Shown here piece after piece: positions 55,574 to 64,000 of a stretch of DNA of 64,000 nt. Positions within the stretch are counted from its first letter, which is position 1. Each line of letters opens with the position of its first letter. The DNA is from a plasmid. Location: sequence record CP121101.1; one strand, 5' to 3'. The position numbers and the translations under genes were made by a program. The notes beneath the pieces were generated by a model. It ran no database searches, was not told the origin of the DNA, and worked only from the letters and a program-made list of their open reading frames with translations.

Positions 55574-55641
55574 ACTGAATTGTTGAGCGCCGATCAGTAC
55601 CAATCGGCGCAAATAACGCTGCAATATACAGATGCGATTGG

Positions 55642-56760
55642 CTAATCTTCAGTACCTTCAGAATATCTGCTAAATATATCCTCGCCTGCGATGACGGCGC
55701 GCATTTCATCTCTGCTAGTTTCAGTGTAGATCGAGGTAGTTGATATATTTGAATGACCCATCAAGTCTGACACTGTTTGTATATCGCTGCGTTTGAGGTT
55801 CTTTTGTGCAAAGGTATACCTTAGGTCATGTGGTGTTGCATGCTCGATGCCAGCCAAGATCAGCCTTTGCTCCATCATACGGTTCACGCTAGAGCGGTCG
55901 AGTGGCCTCAGTTGACCGACCATGCTCGGTGGAATCCGCTTCTTAACGGCATCGTTGTCTGTGTATCTTACAGTTTTCCCCCCTGTTGATTGAGCAGAAT
56001 AATGGACCGAGGTCATCCCCCCGGACCTCGGTCCAGTTCCCAAATATTTCTCGTAACCCTCGTGGCATAGGCAATGTTCTTGGTTTATTTCCCTTTCCTT
56101 TGTAAACCAGTAATTCTCCATCAATCGCACCCGCCCATCTGATATGCTCAATCCGTAGGCCAACCACTTCCATTCGACGTAACCCACACCCCCTCATAAC
56201 GGACAAGATAGCCATATCACGAAGCCCTTTAGGACTTTTGTCAGCTCCCAGCATACTAAAGAGGCAAGAAATCTCGTCGTCAGTTAGGCTTCTGTGGGGG
56301 CGGATTTCGCCACGCCCTTGTGAGCCCTTGATGTTCTTTGACGCCATAATCGCATCATATTCACCATGATTGTCATCCGGGATCATCCGTAACAACTTTG
56401 CCATTTTTAATACAGAACGAATCATGCTCATATGACGATGTATTGTTTTTGGTGCCAACCCTTGTTGTTCGAGATAACGCATGGTTATCTCTGGTAGTGA
56501 TTTGATGTCATTAGATGCCAGGGGGCCACTTCAGGTTCAGAGCCATATAATAGCTGACTGATTTTCGTCAATGTCGATTTTGCCGTGGACCTGCTACCGG
56601 CAGAAAGTGAAGCTAAGTATCCGGTGTATGGCGATTCTGGAATTAGATCTATTCTGCCCGCAAGGGTGTTTTCACCATACGGCACTAGTGTTGTTGACGG
56701 CTCCTTCAAATACCCCTTATTTACACCATCAATTATCAATTCACCCTTGACCTTTCTCAA
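55642..56760 (-). CDS. int: Tyrosine recombinase/integrase (XerC/D-phage integrase family), read across three ORFs (56485..56760, 55943..56482, 55642..56187) with apparent frameshifts
   Basis: C-terminal catalytic region ...HDLRYTFAQKNL...LMGHSNISTTSIYTE; SAM-like N-domain in the upstream ORFs. Confidence 0.6.
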
Positions 56761-57872
56761 TTATCCTTCCCCCCTAGCATACTCAGCATTTCATTCATAG
56801 TCTGCAACTTAGCCTCTTGCTGAATAATAACGATCTTTGCCGCCTTCAGTTCATCTTGAGCATATGAATATTGTTGTTTGGATGAATCATTTTGCTCTGT
56901 CAGTTCCAGTAAATCACGTTCGAGGTTATTAACTTTATTCGCCATCTGTTGCTCTGTAACTGCAGCAGTTTGAAGCTGTTGACGCAAGGTATTGCATTCG
57001 ATTTTTACTTCATTCATTCCATCTAATTGGTTTTGAAGCATGAGGATCTTGTGCTCAAGCTCGATGCAGTTCCGTTGGCATGAACGTAATGCTTCCTGAG
57101 TGGCATCAAGCTGATTTTCCTGCGCTGTGGAATGATCTTTGACCTTGAGCAATTCAGACTTCGACGAGGCAACTTCTGATTGAAGTTGACCAATGGTAGC
57201 GTTTGACTCAGCAAGTTGTCTCTGTAATTCGACACGCTGCTCTGTCGACATATTCAGGCCTGATTGCAGACGAGTGGCTTCTAGCTTGAGTGCTTTCGCT
57301 TCATCATTTGCAGCCCGAGCTATCGCTTGTGCTTCATCGACCTGAGTCCTTGCCTCCAGAAGATTTTCTGATGCAATTGCGAGAGCGGAAGTAAGACGGG
57401 CCACCTCTAACTTGGTCGAATTGTGAGTATCTGAAAGTTCGGTAAGCCGATTTTGAAGCTCGTGATTCTGCGCATTCACCTGATCATTAAGTGCTTGCTG
57501 CCGGTCGAGCTGTTCCACCAATAAGGCATTCTCAGCCTCAATTGCCTCAATGGCAGACTCACTCATCTTAGCTTGCTCATCCATGCGCCGGCGTTCGGCA
57601 ACCAGGTCCATTTGTTGGCAATCTGCTGAAATCCGCCACATCTGCTCAATGAACTCCATGCCGGCGGCCGACACCGACGAAGGTACATTAGCGGAGCTCG
57701 GTGCAGGGCGATTTGCGCTCTGCCACTCCCTCAATACCGGGCCGATTTGGGAGTTAGAGCCGCGGCCCAGTCGCTGAATAATGAGCTTGTATGTTGGAGC
57801 ATGGCCAGTAGCGGCAACCTCCTCAATGGCCCTCCAGATATCTTCTCGTTGCAAAGCTACCTTTGTTTTCAT
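56757..57872 (-). CDS. kfrA: KfrA-like DNA-binding coiled-coil protein
   Basis: N-terminus MKTKVALQREDIWRAIEEVAATGHAPTYKLIIQRLGRGSNSQIGPVLREWQ resembles KfrA_N, followed by a long coiled-coil. Confidence 0.55.
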   Translation of the reverse strand: MKTKVALQREDIWRAIEEVAATGHAPTYKLIIQRLGRGSNSQIGPVLREWQSANRPAPSSANVPSSVSAAGMEFIEQMWRISADCQQMDLVAERRRMDEQAKMSESAIEAIEAENALLVEQLDRQQALNDQVNAQNHELQNRLTELSDTHNSTKLEVARLTSALAIASENLLEARTQVDEAQAIARAANDEAKALKLEATRLQSGLNMSTEQRVELQRQLAESNATIGQLQSEVASSKSELLKVKDHSTAQENQLDATQEALRSCQRNCIELEHKILMLQNQLDGMNEVKIECNTLRQQLQTAAVTEQQMANKVNNLERDLLELTEQNDSSKQQYSYAQDELKAAKIVIIQQEAKLQTMNEMLSMLGGKDN

Positions 57873-58165
57873 AACTGTCCCCAATAGTGACCACATTTAG
57901 CCAATCGCGTATCGCGTAGCATCTCATTACACGCGACACGACACAACCCCAAGTCACCAGCACAGCGATAAATACAGCCGAAACCAAACCATAAAAGGAC
58001 TGGAGCGTCAAGATACCCCATCAAAAATACATAGCGCAATGAAATGTATATTCTATTGCGTTAAATCCCCAGTGGGGGTAGGATTCATTTTGTCGGTGTA
58101 ACCATCACTACACGACGACACTACCAAGCAAATGAGTGGGCTCATGACCATCAACCACGATATGG

Positions 58166-58636
58166 TTGGTGCTAGAGTTGGAAGCAACGAAAGGAGGAAG
58201 TGTGAGAGGCTTGTTTTTAGGGGTTGACCACCGATTCGTCACGCAGGCCTTTCTTGGGGCCACGGTGGCGACCGGCTGCGCACTACGGTTTGGATCTGGA
58301 GCGGACTTCGCTGCTGGTTACTACGCGCTCACGGCACTGGTCATGGCCATAGGCCTAGGGTGTCTGTACTTCGGGTTATCAGCGAACTACCTGGGCTTAA
58401 GTTGGCAGTTGTTCCAGTACCCATATGACATAGGCACCCGCACTCGCCTGGCATCACTCTTGGTGATGCGCCGTCGAGCTGCGATAGGACTCGGCATTTC
58501 AATGGCGATGACCAACAATTTGATTATGTTGGCGGCTTTTGGGGGGGGTGTGTTTTCTGTCACCTCACTCGGGGTGTTGGCGGGGTTCTTTTTCGTGTTG
58601 GCGTATCAGTGGCACTTCAAAAGGAAAGTGGCTTAA
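58166..58636 (+). CDS. Hypothetical integral membrane protein (156 aa)
   Basis: Four hydrophobic segments. Confidence 0.4.
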   Translation: MVLELEATKGGSVRGLFLGVDHRFVTQAFLGATVATGCALRFGSGADFAAGYYALTALVMAIGLGCLYFGLSANYLGLSWQLFQYPYDIGTRTRLASLLVMRRRAAIGLGISMAMTNNLIMLAAFGGGVFSVTSLGVLAGFFFVLAYQWHFKRKVA

Positions 58637-58761
58637 TACAGACTAGGGTGCGATTAAAAAAGCTCCGAAAAAGCCGACTCTCATTGAATTCTAGCGCCCT
58701 GAGCTACCTCCCCCCAAAAACTTCAGCGGCCGTCATCTCTCACGATTATTGACTTGGATTC

Positions 58762-59583
58762 TCAGGAGCAAATGGTACCGAAATCTCCCGCGCTTTCAGG
58801 AAGCGTCATCTCCCATGGACGAGGTGTTGGTTCGTAGTAGCGGATCCCTACACCTCTTGCTACGTTCTGCAGCTCGTTCAATATCATTTTTGCAGAGTTA
58901 GCGACAGCGAAACGGTGGGATGGGAGAACGGAATTAATTCCTTTCTGTAGGAGGGATGGATAGAAATGATTGGATTGAATATCTCCGATACCAACTTGAA
59001 TGCCGACAGCATCATATATTTCGGCGAGTCCTTTGGTATCTAAACGCTCAGGAAACATCCCTAATGAATCAGGCGTTCCCATTAAAATAAAATGTTTATT
59101 GTGAGCCAGCAGTGCGACATGTCTTGTCACGGTTTCAACGAAACGATAATCAGCCAATATTTGCATGCTAATTGGGATGAACATTTTCGGAGCTTCACCA
59201 ATAGCATCGCGAGGTATGCTTTTCCAGACATCTAGTGCTTTACCAAGAAGGTACGAACCAAGCAAAAACTCTACATCGTAGGTGTAGGTTGCAAAGCGCA
59301 TAGATAGCGGAAGGCGAAGCACAAGAGCATTCGTAGTATCCCCATCAGCAGGGAACACTGGGTCTAGGGTCAGCTTGATGCTATCAGCAGCAATTGCTTG
59401 GCGTGCCAATTGAGCCGCCGTGAGTTTATCTGGTTTCATGTGGTTATGTTTTTTTCTCCGCTTGTCTTTAGGCATTGTGACACACCTCCCTCCGTAAGCG
59501 AAATTAATAGTCAGCTGAGGTGATGGTTTTTCACGGCAGCAATCACAGCATGGCAGTTTGGGACTCAAATTACAACAGACCAA
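58762..59583 (-). CDS. Hypothetical protein (273 aa), basic N-terminus; possible replication or partition factor
   Basis: ORF next to a tandem repeat array and a primase-like gene. Confidence 0.4.
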   Translation of the reverse strand: MVCCNLSPKLPCCDCCREKPSPQLTINFAYGGRCVTMPKDKRRKKHNHMKPDKLTAAQLARQAIAADSIKLTLDPVFPADGDTTNALVLRLPLSMRFATYTYDVEFLLGSYLLGKALDVWKSIPRDAIGEAPKMFIPISMQILADYRFVETVTRHVALLAHNKHFILMGTPDSLGMFPERLDTKGLAEIYDAVGIQVGIGDIQSNHFYPSLLQKGINSVLPSHRFAVANSAKMILNELQNVARGVGIRYYEPTPRPWEMTLPESAGDFGTICS

Positions 59584-59789
59584 ATGTATAGTTTGCCTAC
59601 ACTACAATGTCATACCACACAAAAATGTTAACACACTATTACGCGCTTCATTTCATTTGGCAAGGTAAACCCCCTACTTCGTTCAGCGTTTCGCAAGGTA
59701 ATCTAACATCCCGGTTGTTCTTTCATATGCAGACCCCTTCATTTGGCTCTGGGCCTCCTCCCTTCGCTCACCGCAGGCCGCCCCGGGCG

Positions 59790-60760
59790 CCGAGACCGCG
59801 GCGGGTCGGTGCCACCAGCTACACCGACCCGCCGGACGCAGTACCGGATCCACCCCGCCGGCGGAGGCCACCCTGGGCCCGAGCTCGTCGGCGGCCCGGG
59901 GCCACCTGCTACACCGGCCCGCCGGACGCAGCACCGGATCACCCCCGCCGGCGGAGGCCACCCTGGGCCCGAGCTCGTCGGCGGCCCGGGGCCACCTGCT
60001 ACACCGGCCCGCCGGACGCAGTACCGGATCCACCCCGCCGGCGGAGGCCACCCTGGGCCCGAGCTCGTCGGCGGCCAGGGGCCACCTGCTACACCGGCCC
60101 GCCGGACGCAGCACCGGATCACCCCCGCCGGCAGTGGCCACCCTGGGCGCCGAGCTCGTCGGCGGCCCGGGGCCACCGGCAGTACCGACCCGCCGGACGT
60201 CGCACCGGATCACCCCCGCCGGCAGTGGCCACCCTGGGCACCGAGCTCGTCGGCGGCCCGGGGCCACCTGCTACACCGGCCCGCCGGACGTCGCACCGGA
60301 TCACCCCCGCCGGCAGTGGCCACCCTGGGCGCCGAGCTCGTCGGCGGCCCGGGGCCACCTGCTACACCGGCCCGCCGGACGTCGCACCGGATCACCCCCG
60401 CCGGCAGTGGCCACCCTGGGCGCCGAGCTCGTCGGCGGCCCGGGGCCACCTGCAGCACCGGCCCGCCGGACGCAGCACCGGATCACCCCCGCCGGCAGTG
60501 GCCACCCTGGGCGCCGAGCTCGTCGGCGGCCCGGGGCCACCTGCTACACCGGCCCGCCGGACGCAGTACCGGATCCACCCCGCCGGCGGAGGCCACCCTG
60601 GGCCCGAGCTCGTCGGCGGCCCGGGGCCACCTGCTACACCGGCCCGCCGGACGCAGCACCGGATCACCCCCGCCGGCAGTGGCCACCCTGGGCGCCGAGC
60701 TCGTCGGCGGCCCGGGGCCACCAGCTACACCGGCCGCGGTGAGCGCCACCGGAGCCTAGG
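59790..60760. repeat. GC-rich tandem repeat array, ~10.5 copies of alternating 90-bp and 91-bp units
   Basis: The motif gagctcgtcggcgg recurs at 59881, 59971, 60061, 60152, 60243, 60334, 60425, 60516, 60606, 60697. Confidence 0.85.
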
Positions 60761-60962
60761 ATCACAAATCGGCATGTACACCGACAAAAACCGTCACCAC
60801 TCACCCTGGGTCCACTGGAACCTCCCTACCAGGGCGCACCAGAATAATTGCCACCCCCCCTGGAATGAGGTCTTAGCTTCCTGGCATCGGCGTGCAGCGC
60901 CCCTTTTCTAGGCAATAAAAAAGCCATCACCCCTGAAGGGTGATGGCTTTTGGCTTCTATCA

Positions 60963-61253
60963 TCACGAAGCTAGTTGCGTCTGTGTCTTAAGTATCGTCA
61001 TTACTCTCGCACTAGGGCGGTCGCAGTGTCGTAAGACATCAAGTAAGGTCACATTGATACTTTCAGCTCCCGGATAGCGGTAATGCTCACCCGCTTCACT
61101 CGATAGCCACTGATGCAATGATTCCAAGTTTTCGAATTTTGCTGGCCAATACCCTAGTTCAGGGGACAGGCGGACGTTGGAAACGGATAACCGAACAATG
61201 GGATGAATGCCATTGATCAGACTTTTTAGGTCCATAAGCTCTCCCTTGTTCAA
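60963..61253 (-). CDS. Hypothetical protein (96 aa)
   Basis: ORF overlapping the start of the primase-like gene. Confidence 0.35.
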   Translation of the reverse strand: MNKGELMDLKSLINGIHPIVRLSVSNVRLSPELGYWPAKFENLESLHQWLSSEAGEHYRYPGAESINVTLLDVLRHCDRPSARVMTILKTQTQLAS

Positions 61254-62692
61254 ACGTGCTGCAGCCAGTCCCTATGGGGGAACACATCTGGTCCGAAATT
61301 CACCAGAATATCGTTCCAATCCATATCACTTTCAGGCCTGATTAGCTTCGGGTTGCATCTAGTTACCTTGATGCCTGCAGATAGCAGATTTTTCTCCAGC
61401 TTAGCTGCATTCACTTCTCCGGCTGCGTCAGCATCTTCCCATATGTAGACGTGTTTGACTCCCATGCAAACTATCCAGTTTCCCATCAGTGTTGCATTGA
61501 GCAGCCCCCAACCCTGCATACCTGTGGCTGATTCGACACTTAGAAGTGTCTCTAGGCCTTCGGCTACAGCAAGAACAGGAGTCGGTGGGCAAAGTTGCAC
61601 GGCACCACCCGATATTGGGGCTGTAGACACTGACGGCCTCAACTTCTTCACCTTTGGCACAAGAGCTTTCTGCCCATCGCTAGTGATGAATGTTTGATGG
61701 AGACTGACTGGCTTACCTGAAGGGTCTCGGATCCGGCAAAGGATGCAAGGATGCTTCCCAAGATCAAGTTTAAACGCCACTCCTTTGTGAAAAACTGCCT
61801 TATGAGATGCTATTGCCTCCTTGATGTGATCGGGCATTTGCGATATTGCCAATCGAGCCAGTTTCGCAGATGGATGAGTCAAGTCGACAGCCTCTTTAAT
61901 CAGTTCCTTCTGAGTAGATTGGAACACGCCATCGGGCTGAGTTGTTTTATGGCCGTTTTTATCAAGCCACCAGTAACGCATTCCGTGTGGCTCTAGCGTG
62001 ATTATGCACTGGCCATAATTCATGTCGATGTACCGCACACCAGGGTGGAGTCTTACTTCCCCACCAAGGGATGCCACCTTCGACAATATTTGCCGGTTCC
62101 TGAGATACCGAATGGCCGGTTCAGCTTGCGGCTTGGTCAAAGGCCAGGCCTCATCCCAAAGCTGAGCATTCTTTTTCGCAACTGCTTGATCCCTCCGGGC
62201 ATCTTCCTCCGCTCTTTCCTTCTCCCACGCAAGCTGCGTAGGCGATTTCGGAGGGGGGGAAAACACACCTGACGTAATCCCATCCATGTAGCCACTGGCG
62301 ATCGCCAGCTGCTCGAGGACTTTAGGGAAGGGCCAGTTTGTTTCCTCCATTACAATGGTGAAACCAGACATAACCCCACAAGAGTTGCATACTCCAACAC
62401 CGGTAGCTTCAGAGTCGAGCTTGCCCCTGTGGATTAAGCCAAAGGCTTCTCCACTACGGCCACCGTGTTTTGGGCAACTGGTTTTAGGTGCCTTCTTCCC
62501 AGGAATAAAACCTCTGGTGGCATCACCGAATAGGCCTAGGTGTTTGTACGCTTCGACCCATAAACGGTTGTCATTGAGATATGCGGCCAAATCATCCGCA
62601 ACGATTTCATAGTGCATGTCATTACTCCATGTGGTTGGCGTTCCCCATTTAGCCCGATTACAGGGGTACGGGCTGGCGCTTGCACATTGCAA
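61250..62692 (-). CDS. Putative DNA primase (zinc-ribbon plus TOPRIM-like domain), 480 aa
   Basis: CPKHGG...CNSCG zinc-ribbon and acidic IWEDADAAGE TOPRIM-like motif. Confidence 0.45.
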   Translation of the reverse strand: MQCASASPYPCNRAKWGTPTTWSNDMHYEIVADDLAAYLNDNRLWVEAYKHLGLFGDATRGFIPGKKAPKTSCPKHGGRSGEAFGLIHRGKLDSEATGVGVCNSCGVMSGFTIVMEETNWPFPKVLEQLAIASGYMDGITSGVFSPPPKSPTQLAWEKERAEEDARRDQAVAKKNAQLWDEAWPLTKPQAEPAIRYLRNRQILSKVASLGGEVRLHPGVRYIDMNYGQCIITLEPHGMRYWWLDKNGHKTTQPDGVFQSTQKELIKEAVDLTHPSAKLARLAISQMPDHIKEAIASHKAVFHKGVAFKLDLGKHPCILCRIRDPSGKPVSLHQTFITSDGQKALVPKVKKLRPSVSTAPISGGAVQLCPPTPVLAVAEGLETLLSVESATGMQGWGLLNATLMGNWIVCMGVKHVYIWEDADAAGEVNAAKLEKNLLSAGIKVTRCNPKLIRPESDMDWNDILVNFGPDVFPHRDWLQHV

Positions 62693-62760
62693 ACACTGAG
62701 CAATGGCTGGTCATTGCTCAGTGTTCAAAAGTCCCCCCCTCCAACGTGGAGGGGGGTATA

Positions 62761-63417
62761 TCAGGCAGCCAAGATAGTGCCCTTGGCTAGTTTGAATAGC
62801 TCACGTTTAAGGCCAAGGATATTGTCTACAGCAATCCAGTTCCCTGGTTTGAAGTAGTAGTCCATAGCAGCTTTCCCGCTTGCATACTGGCCAATAAAGA
62901 TGCCAAAGACATCAATGCCATATTGTCGAACCATATTGAAGGTATCAACGCAATCAACGTCTGGTTCACCATCTGTGATGACAATCAGACTCTTGCGTTC
63001 AGCTTGTTCTGGCATCAGGGCCAAAAATGCGTTGCTGAGACCTTCCCTCATAGGTGTTCCCCCGCCGGCACAAGTCAGATCGAGACGAGTGCTTGTAGTA
63101 GCTGGGTCCTCACCAAAGCGCAGTAGGTCCACGTTCCGATCCCCGAAGGACTGAATTCCAATTACGGCTCCATCGATTTGTTGAACCGCAAGAGCCAAAG
63201 CCAGACAGGCATTTTTTGCTACCTCCTGTTGGCAATTCATCGACCCAGACAAATCGAGCATCACCATGATGGCGCTATCAATGCCAAGGTTTTTGGCTTT
63301 GCTGCGGTAAACACGCAAATCACCTTGCTTGAACCGGTTGAACCGGGAGGTGACAAAGCGTTTACCGCGTCGACTCAATCCAGGAGCACAGTTGGTTTCG
63401 GTCTCTACGAGCTCCAT
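62761..63417 (-). CDS. VWA-domain protein, C-terminal part of a CobT-like protein whose N-terminus and acidic repeats lie upstream at 63465 to beyond 64000
   Basis: MIDAS motif DLSGSM plus TDGEPD; upstream in-frame acidic 16-aa repeats. Confidence 0.55.
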   Translation of the reverse strand: MELVETETNCAPGLSRRGKRFVTSRFNRFKQGDLRVYRSKAKNLGIDSAIMVMLDLSGSMNCQQEVAKNACLALALAVQQIDGAVIGIQSFGDRNVDLLRFGEDPATTSTRLDLTCAGGGTPMREGLSNAFLALMPEQAERKSLIVITDGEPDVDCVDTFNMVRQYGIDVFGIFIGQYASGKAAMDYYFKPGNWIAVDNILGLKRELFKLAKGTILAA

Positions 63418-63669
63418 GAGGGCTTGTGTGATTGGTCTAGATGCAGTGAGGACTTTAGGGAGTGTTACACTCCGGCCAATCGTCGTGTGTTGATCGCATC
63501 CAAACGTGGCCTTAATGGCGTGTCGAGTTCAAAGCGTGAATCGGCTTCGATCAATGAGGCCAGCATTTTACCTTTGTCACGGACCTCGACATCTGTGGAT
63601 CCAGATCCGGTAGCTTCAAGACAGGCTTCTAACTCCTGAATTTGCTTAGACCTCACAACGTTATCAGCA

Positions 63670-64000
63670 CTCGGCCTGCCAGCAGCATCAGATTGACCGG
63701 CAGCATCAGCACCAGGTTGATCATCAGCATCAACATCAGATTGACCGGCAGCACCAGGTTGGCCATCAGCATCAGCGTCAGATTGACCGGCAGCATCAGC
63801 ACCAGGTTGATCATCAGCATCAGCGTCAGATTGACCGGCAGCATCAGCACCAGGTTGGCCATCAGCATCAGCGTCAGATTGACCGGCAGCATCAGCACCA
63901 GGTTGATCATCAGCATCAGCGTCAGATTGACCGGCAGCATCAGCACCAGGTTGGCCATCAGCATCAGCGTCAGATTGACCGGCAGCATCAGCACCAGGTT
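63670..64000 (-). repeat. 48-bp tandem repeats (at least 7 copies, continuing past the window end) encoding acidic 16-aa repeats ADADGQPGADAAGQSD / ADADDQPGADAAGQSD
   Basis: gtcagattgaccggcagcatcagcaccaggttg[gcc/atc]atcagcatcagc repeated; the open minus-strand frame has no start inside the window. Confidence 0.8.

Noticed and set aside
59790-60760. Possible CRISPR array
   Set aside because: The units are contiguous tandem direct repeats with no unique spacers, and the period of 90–91 bp is too long; not CRISPR
59607-60911. 434-aa and 338-aa Pro/Arg/Gly-rich ORFs and their minus-strand mirror ORFs across the 90/91-bp repeat array
   Set aside because: Repeat units alternate between 90 and 91 bp so no frame is preserved across the array; the ORFs stay open only because of extreme GC content
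63653-63994. 113-aa ORF MLMLPVNLTLMLMANLV... in the 48-bp repeat region
   Set aside because: Wrong frame; the neighbouring minus-strand frame encodes acidic ADADGQPGADAAGQSD repeats continuous with the downstream VWA-domain gene

Overview
This 64-kb window is a mosaic accessory region from a GC-rich gamma-proteobacterial replicon; the LexA box has the CTGT-N8-ACAG form. It has four parts.

(1) 1..11.1 kb carries integrative-conjugative-element-like genes: an HD-domain MobH/TraI_2 relaxase, a ParB-like nuclease-domain protein, and several conserved hypotheticals.

(2) 11,149..37,492 is a 26.3-kb Tn21-like transposon flanked by a 5-bp TGGAA target duplication and inserted into a gene. It has IRtnp, tnpA, tnpR, res, tnpM, a complex In4-like class 1 integron, and merRTPCADE-urf2 next to IRmer. 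The integron has IRi, intI1, a PcW(TGN-10) promoter and the cassettes qnrVC4-like, qacF/H-like, aac(6')-Ib, cmlA1, blaOXA-10, aadA1 and dfrA5/14. It lacks a 3'-CS. In its place are a truncated mobC, an inverted IRt, IS6100, a Tn3-family transposase-only element flanked by a TTACG duplication, mphR(A)-mrx-mph(A), two tandem IS26 copies, truncated tniA and the outer IRt.

(3) 38..51.5 kb is a tandem array of nine paralogous genes on the minus strand. Each has a conserved N-terminus resembling the AbiTii abortive-infection domain, a hypervariable middle, and a conserved Gln-rich/glycine-zipper C-terminus. Each is preceded by a conserved promoter and a 14-bp palindrome (consensus TTGCAGCGCTGCAA). 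Interspersed are a LexA-boxed umuDC operon, two small membrane-protein paralogs, and a low-GC toxin-like/immunity-like pair. A ParE/Phd-type toxin-antitoxin pair sits just after the array. This array is the best candidate for an undescribed defence or polymorphic-effector system.

(4) 54.4..64 kb is a plasmid- or integrative-element-like module: a tyrosine recombinase, KfrA-like protein, a Zn-ribbon/TOPRIM primase-like protein, a CobT-like VWA protein, a GC-rich 90/91-bp tandem repeat array and 48-bp coding repeats.

Many well-conserved genes contain apparent 1–2-nt indels, several in homopolymers, so single-read homopolymer sequencing errors are plausible and every pseudogene call is provisional. 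These include tnpA, tnpR, qnrVC, qacH, mrx, the IS6100 and IS26 transposases, umuC, traI and several array paralogs.
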